From an uncultured bacterium (GTDB taxonomy: Bacteria; Patescibacteriota; Minisyncoccia; Moranbacterales; UBA2206), in NCBI GenBank assembly GCA_903937035.1, contig CAIZXS010000023.1, forward strand, positions 1,188 to 65,187: a DNA stretch of 64,000 nt, in the 5' to 3' direction. A program made the translations under genes and the position numbers. Shown piece after piece: positions 59,038 through 64,000 of this stretch. The notes beneath the pieces are model-generated. The model was not told the origin of the DNA, did not search any database, and saw only the letters and a list, made by a program, of their open reading frames with translations. Numbering within the stretch: position 1 is the stretch's first letter; every line of letters starts with the position of its first letter.

Positions 59038-59568
59038 ATGGAGCAACTAATTCTAGTCAACAAGCAAGATGAGCCAATTGGTTTCCAAGAAAAGCTGAAA
59101 GCACATCAATTGGGCCAACTACACAGAGCCTTTTCCATTTTTGTTTTCAACCAGAAAGGTCAATTATTGCTGCAAAAAAGAGCACGAAGCAAATATCATT
59201 GCGGAGGCCTATGGAGCAACACTTGCTGCGGACACCCAAGACCCAATGAAGAGTTGGAAAAAGCAGCTCATCGCAGACTCAAAGAAGAGTTAGTCTTTGA
59301 TTGTTCTCTCTGGAAAGCTTTCGAATTTATCTATAAAATCAAATTTGAAAATGAGCTTTGGGAAAATGAATATGTCCATGTCATCTTTGGCCAATACACA
59401 AAGTCACCAATACTCAATCCAGAAGAAGTTTCTGACTGGAAATGGATCGATCTATCAACTCTCAAAAGGGAAATTCGAGCCAACCCCAAAAAATTCACCT
59501 ACTGGCTAGAAAAGGAGTTATCCAATCCTGAATTCATGTCCCGCTTTAAGAAGATAAAATCGCACTAG
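59038..59568 (+). CDS. idi: Isopentenyl-diphosphate delta-isomerase type 1 (Nudix)
   Basis: HRAFSIFVFN...LLLQKRARSKYHCGGLWSNTCCGHP. Confidence 0.9.
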   Translation: MEQLILVNKQDEPIGFQEKLKAHQLGQLHRAFSIFVFNQKGQLLLQKRARSKYHCGGLWSNTCCGHPRPNEELEKAAHRRLKEELVFDCSLWKAFEFIYKIKFENELWENEYVHVIFGQYTKSPILNPEEVSDWKWIDLSTLKREIRANPKKFTYWLEKELSNPEFMSRFKKIKSH

Positions 59569-60668
59569 CATTCCCTTTCTAGTAAATAGTCACTAATACC
59601 TAGGATAAACGATTTGCCTTTTTCGCGGTAATTTTGGCGAGAAATAATCTTTTTTGAATCCAGGATCAAGTCCTTGGCATAGTTTACGCAATAATCATAA
59701 GCACCAGTCTTAAGCATTATCTCCTTGATTCGATTAACAGTCTTTTCTGACATATTTCTAGCACCTAAATTTTTCATGATAAAAGCACCCTCCTCTTTTG
59801 TTGCCAGCTCTAAAGCTTTTAGCAATAGCAATGTTTTTTTACCTTCCTTCAGATCAGAACCAGTTGGTTTACCGAATTTTTCTTTTTTCCCAAAAAGTCC
59901 CAAGATGTCGTCTTGAATATTAAAAGCTATTCCTAGTGGTTCAGCATAAGATTTAATTTTATCAATTTCGCGATTAGTCGCGCCAGCTAGGACGGCACCA
60001 ATTCGCAAGGGAACTTCGATAGTATAAGCTGCGGTTTTCAACCTGTATATCTTTAGCGTCTTTTGAAGCGTACTTTCCGGAACAATCTCGCAATAACTTG
60101 ACTCCGAATCAATTATTTGGCCAAAAGTCGTGTTTCGGATTACCCGATTCAATTCATAGCTCGCCCTGGTTTTATTTTCAAATTTAACCTCCGCCAAAGC
60201 CATGTTTGCTAGTGCGACACAAACGTCCCCGACCAGAATTGCCGCCGATCGTCCAAAATGCTCTTTTTCTTTGATGTTTTTTCCAAAAGAAAACTTTTTC
60301 TCTCCCATTTTTTCAAAAATTTTATGTACAGTATCCTCCCCTCTTCGAAGCTCATCCCGATCGACAATATCATCATGGATCAATAAAAATGACTGCACCA
60401 ATTCCATGGCCATTGAAGCTCGCAGCAAATCTTTGCCTGGTTTTTCTTTTGAAAAACATAAAAAACCATAATAGATAAGCGCCGCCCGTATGCGCTTTCC
60501 GCCCCTCAAGCTGAAATCTTCCAGTGCAGAAATGGCCGCGCAAGCAGTCTCATCAATGTCCTTGCATTCATCAAGTTGCCTTGCAAAAAACAATCCCAAC
60601 TCTTTGTCTACAACTTTTTTATACGCCTTCAATTTTACAATCGCCTCCTTAGCAAGATTCTTATTCAT
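59565..60668 (-). CDS. Polyprenyl diphosphate synthase (FPP/GGPP synthase family)
   Basis: FARM motif LIHDDIVD and SARM motif NIQDDILG. Confidence 0.9.
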   Translation of the reverse strand: MNKNLAKEAIVKLKAYKKVVDKELGLFFARQLDECKDIDETACAAISALEDFSLRGGKRIRAALIYYGFLCFSKEKPGKDLLRASMAMELVQSFLLIHDDIVDRDELRRGEDTVHKIFEKMGEKKFSFGKNIKEKEHFGRSAAILVGDVCVALANMALAEVKFENKTRASYELNRVIRNTTFGQIIDSESSYCEIVPESTLQKTLKIYRLKTAAYTIEVPLRIGAVLAGATNREIDKIKSYAEPLGIAFNIQDDILGLFGKKEKFGKPTGSDLKEGKKTLLLLKALELATKEEGAFIMKNLGARNMSEKTVNRIKEIMLKTGAYDYCVNYAKDLILDSKKIISRQNYREKGKSFILGISDYLLEREC

Positions 60669-60714
60669 TTATTTGACCAATTAACCATTTATCATTTTCA
60701 CTATACCACGCACA

Positions 60715-61578
60715 TCATTTTCCCCAAAATAACCAGATAATTCCGATATAAAACAGGAGCGAGATAAAATAGAATATCGGTGTGAGAGCTAGAAAAAACA
60801 TCCCAATAAAAATCAACGAAACAATTGAAAAAGAAAACCACTTCCGCGGAAGAACCCCAAAATCGAACAGGTCATATTCGATAATATTAAAAGCAATGAG
60901 CACAATAAAAATTAGGTTGCCAAGAATAAAATAGGGGGAAATTTCAATGCCTATATCCGTCACCACATTTAGCACGTCTATAATTTCATAAGCCACACTC
61001 CACAATACGGAAAACATTATGGCGAAAACCAAAAGTCGTATTTGCGATTTGTTACTATATCGCACAAGAGTATTGCGATACCCCTTGAGAAGTATGCAGG
61101 AAGCCCAAATAGCATAACCCACATTAAAGATGAGGCTAGGAAAGATATACCAGCCAACATTGGTGATGCACGTACTTGAGTCATACGTGCCAACGCCAAA
61201 TCCACCAGCCACAGCAAAAACAGTAAGGAATAATGGCAAAGCAAAAATCAATTTCTTTTTCCAAATCAATTTCTCTCCCACAAAATCATAGGCAAAATAC
61301 AAAATAAACAGAAAAATGAAATCTGCTAAATAGGATAAACGTGAAAAAACATAACTAACTAAGGGACTCGTCGTTTCCCATTGCACCAAATCACCAAGTG
61401 TCCAAAGAACAATTGCTAGCATAAAATAAAAAGCATTCCGATTAACAGAATGCTCTTTGTTTTTAAATAAAATACTGATAGCAACAACAAGGCCCAAGAT
61501 AATCACTGAGCTATAAGAATAAACGATAAATAATGGTACGTCAGTTGGACACATATATTTGCACTTAGACGGTATCAA
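60715..61578 (-). CDS. Stand-alone 7TM membrane sensor-like domain protein, paralog of the adjacent histidine kinase N-terminal domain
   Basis: N-terminus MIPSKCKYMCPTDVPLFIVYSYSS aligns with the kinase N-terminus MICPTYPDPQYLIFSSDVPALLYYSHLP; similar TM topology. Confidence 0.6.
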   Translation of the reverse strand: MIPSKCKYMCPTDVPLFIVYSYSSVIILGLVVAISILFKNKEHSVNRNAFYFMLAIVLWTLGDLVQWETTSPLVSYVFSRLSYLADFIFLFILYFAYDFVGEKLIWKKKLIFALPLFLTVFAVAGGFGVGTYDSSTCITNVGWYIFPSLIFNVGYAIWASCILLKGYRNTLVRYSNKSQIRLLVFAIMFSVLWSVAYEIIDVLNVVTDIGIEISPYFILGNLIFIVLIAFNIIEYDLFDFGVLPRKWFSFSIVSLIFIGMFFLALTPIFYFISLLFYIGIIWLFWGK

Positions 61579-61640
61579 CCGAAACTAAACTACCACCACA
61601 TTTTCGATTCTATCCTACACCTGCTTTTCATTTTTAGCAA

Positions 61641-61678
61641 ATAAAAACCAGCTATTTCTAGCTGGTTTTCTTTTTTAG
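61641..61678. terminator. Bidirectional terminator-like hairpin between the histidine kinase gene and the 7TM paralog
   Basis: AACCAGCTATTTCTAGCTGGTT flanked by an A-run and a T-run. Confidence 0.55.
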
Positions 61679-61695
61679 GCCAATGCAAGCTTTAT

Positions 61696-63519
61696 CTACC
61701 CATTCCTCTCCAAAGTCTCTTTTTCTTGCTCCAGCGGGAGCTCAAGAATGAATTTCGTGCCCATGCCGGCGCCGGGTGATTCAATCCAGACTCGGCCGCC
61801 ATTGGCAGTTGTGATCATTTTCACCACATAAAGCCCAAGGCCCGTACCACCCGTATTGAGTCGCGTAATATCTTTACCACGGGAAAATTTTGCAAACAAA
61901 TAGGGAATTTCTTCCGCTGGGATGCCAATACCAGTATCAGACACAGTCACGCGCAGATGTGGCGCAGAAAGACAGTTCACTTGATTCTTTTTGCACAATT
62001 CAACAGAAAGCGTTACTCCACCCTTTATGGTATATTTGAGCGCATTATCAACTAAGTTAGAAATCACTTCGCGAATTTTTGCTCCATCGATTGTCAATTC
62101 CGGCAAAATTTCAGCCGGGACACGATAATCCAGATAGAGATCTTTATCCTTAGCCTTAAGCGCCAAATTGTTGATCACATCTTGACAGAGCTCTCCAATT
62201 TGTTGCTTTTTAAATTCAAATTTCATACTGCCCGATTCGATGCGCGACACACTTAAGAGATCTTCCACGAAAGCAATTTGCTGGTTATTGGCGTTATAGA
62301 TATTTTCCACCGCGCTTCTTTGCTCGGCGTTCAACTCTCCATATGAACCTTCCAAAAGCATTGACGAATAACCCTTAATTGGCGTTGGTGGTGTGCGCAG
62401 TTGGTGCGAGGCCATGGAAACAAACTCTGTTTTGGCATTATCCAATTTTTTAAGCTTATCGTTAGCCACCGCAAGACTATCAGAAATTTTCTGCAATTGA
62501 TCCTTTCTTTCGCTAATTTCCTTGTTAGCCACCTTGAGTTTTTTGTTACGATTTTCAATTTCCTTGTTTCGTTTTTCAATTTCTGTGTTAGCAATTTCCA
62601 GTTCCTCCCTCTGTTCGATCTCTTTTTTAACCGAACGTACCAATATCCAACCAAAAATCACCACGATTACCAAGGTGATCGCAGTGAGAACCCTATTGGT
62701 GTTATTTTGAATGAAAGCAAATTGAGAGCCAATGATGATAATAAGTAAAACAACAAGTGCCTGAGCACCAATTAGTTTAACCTCAAAAGCTTTGAACTTT
62801 ACGATTAAATAGGCAATCATACCCATAAAAAAAACCATCCCGAAGAGTCCATATTGGTCAAGCGAATAATCAGTCGTTGCGCCATTTTCAATTAAATAGC
62901 TTGCTAAAAATCCAGTCACAAAAAATGTCAGCAAAAAAAACTCGATTCCAAAAGCCATTATTATTAGTTGTTTTTTGAATGAATTTTCAACTTTCCGGTA
63001 TCTGTTAATTGCTAAAATCAAAGCCCACACAAACATTAAAAGTCCAATTCCATAGTAATAATTCGTGAAATAATGTCCTTCCAAGGCGGAACAGCGAGGA
63101 ACATTAAAGCCTGTGACATTATGGCTAGTTGAGGTTAGAAAAATAACTGGAAGTAAAAGTAACATAAAAATTATCTTTTGAGGGAGACCCACATCCTTCT
63201 TATCAATAAAAACGTATAAAAAATACACTGAGAGAATATAAACAAGCGCGTAGGCTATTCCAAGTAATGACCAAGCTAGCATTATATTGCCACTGTCGTT
63301 GCTGGTCCAGGTTATCAGATTTAAAAATGCCCAGAACGAAAAAGTGATTGAAATCGACAGTAAAATCTTATTTAGCAAAGAATGTCTATTATTATAATAA
63401 ACAAAAAAACCAATCAACAGTGAAATGATTATTGCCGGTAAATGGGAATAATAAAGCAACGCCGGAACGTCAGAGGAAAATATTAAGTATTGCGGATCAG
63501 GGTAAGTTGGACAAATCAT
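61696..63519 (-). CDS. Sensor histidine kinase with an N-terminal 7TM sensor domain, coiled coil, HisKA and HATPase_c
   Basis: SHQLRTP H-box, DNALKYT, DTGIGI, GGTGLGL. Confidence 0.9.
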   Translation of the reverse strand: MICPTYPDPQYLIFSSDVPALLYYSHLPAIIISLLIGFFVYYNNRHSLLNKILLSISITFSFWAFLNLITWTSNDSGNIMLAWSLLGIAYALVYILSVYFLYVFIDKKDVGLPQKIIFMLLLLPVIFLTSTSHNVTGFNVPRCSALEGHYFTNYYYGIGLLMFVWALILAINRYRKVENSFKKQLIIMAFGIEFFLLTFFVTGFLASYLIENGATTDYSLDQYGLFGMVFFMGMIAYLIVKFKAFEVKLIGAQALVVLLIIIIGSQFAFIQNNTNRVLTAITLVIVVIFGWILVRSVKKEIEQREELEIANTEIEKRNKEIENRNKKLKVANKEISERKDQLQKISDSLAVANDKLKKLDNAKTEFVSMASHQLRTPPTPIKGYSSMLLEGSYGELNAEQRSAVENIYNANNQQIAFVEDLLSVSRIESGSMKFEFKKQQIGELCQDVINNLALKAKDKDLYLDYRVPAEILPELTIDGAKIREVISNLVDNALKYTIKGGVTLSVELCKKNQVNCLSAPHLRVTVSDTGIGIPAEEIPYLFAKFSRGKDITRLNTGGTGLGLYVVKMITTANGGRVWIESPGAGMGTKFILELPLEQEKETLERNG

Positions 63520-63575
63520 TTTTTATTTTTTATTTAATTATCTTTTATCGTACCAAAAAACATATAAGCTTAATA

Positions 63576-63953
63576 TTAATGATTCTGCGTAAATCCATTT
63601 ATCAAAAGAAACAAGCTGTCCTTAAAACTCAAATCTATGAACAACCTACTTAATATTATACCACCTTTTGCCTGAAAGGAAACACCATCAAAACGGACTG
63701 TAATTTGACCATCTTGCCCACTCAAGGAATCCTTTTTAAACATTGCGCCTCTTAGCTCTATTCTTTTTTCCCCAAGATAAAAATAACAATAAACTCCTGG
63801 TTCGATATAAGGATATGCCATAATCTTATTGAAAATATCCATCGCTCGCTCATTTTTCCAATCAACAAGACGATATGCTTCATATTTTCCGGTCATTGAA
63901 GCTAGCGACTCATCTTGTTCATACGGGACAATTTTACCATCAAGATAATCCAA
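63576..63953 (-). CDS. Hypothetical protein
   Basis: 125-aa ORF with no assignable motif. Confidence 0.3.
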   Translation of the reverse strand: MDYLDGKIVPYEQDESLASMTGKYEAYRLVDWKNERAMDIFNKIMAYPYIEPGVYCYFYLGEKRIELRGAMFKKDSLSGQDGQITVRFDGVSFQAKGGIILSRLFIDLSFKDSLFLLINGFTQNH

Positions 63954-64000
63954 GACATCGATATTGAGATGTTTCTTTAAAATACGATCTATTTTACGTT

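Noticed and set aside
1-64000. CRISPR arrays, rRNA genes, integrases or transposases
   Set aside because: No spaced direct repeats of CRISPR type. No rRNA-like conserved blocks. No ORF with DDE, tyrosine or serine recombinase motifs. The only mobile-like signal is the non-autonomous MITE family.

Overview
This 64-kb window is low-GC and almost entirely minus-strand coding. The gene content and organisation suggest a small-genome anaerobe such as a CPR/Patescibacteria-type bacterium; this is inference from gene content only. Working from the ends inward, the window contains the following. (1) A 3'-partial gene in which a PP-loop/QueC-like ATPase domain is fused in frame to MurD, sitting 7 nt downstream of a D-aminoacylase-family gene. 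This gene is absent from the ORF track because it runs off the window edge. (2) gap, a 2Fe superoxide reductase (dfx), and a split cytoplasmic NAD-linked [NiFe] hydrogenase locus: large and small subunits, HoxE/F/U-like diaphorase genes, hypC, hypD, hypE, a Zn-finger-less HypA-like gene, and a HypF reduced to its Kae1-like domain. A coiled-coil metzincin gene is inserted between the two hydrogenase subunit genes. (3) fba, tpiA, dedA, galT, a GT2 transferase, a secreted beta-propeller protein, an AlkD-like protein, argS, an SGNH hydrolase and ruvX. (4) The near-complete str/S10/spc ribosomal superoperon (rpsL-rpsG-fusA ... tuf-rpsJ-rplC ... rplO-secY-adk-map). It lacks L30, and purN-purL-purQ plus membrane-protein genes are inserted between fusA and tuf. 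(5) An M50 protease, rpmB, ndk, recA, a RodZ-like gene, ftsK, a CheY-like receiver, idi, a polyprenyl synthase, and a histidine kinase with an adjacent stand-alone paralog of its 7TM sensor domain. No rRNA, tRNA or CRISPR was seen. Two non-coding signals stand out. The first is a bipartite, inverted array of 7-nt-period CATG heptads found immediately upstream of the start codons of gap, dfx, adk and rpmB, where it creates artefactual N-terminal ORF extensions. The second is a small MITE-like element family with GTCATCCTGAGCGAAGTCGAAG terminal inverted repeats. It has one copy inserted in frame inside the hypF-like gene, one intergenic copy, and one probable degenerate copy.
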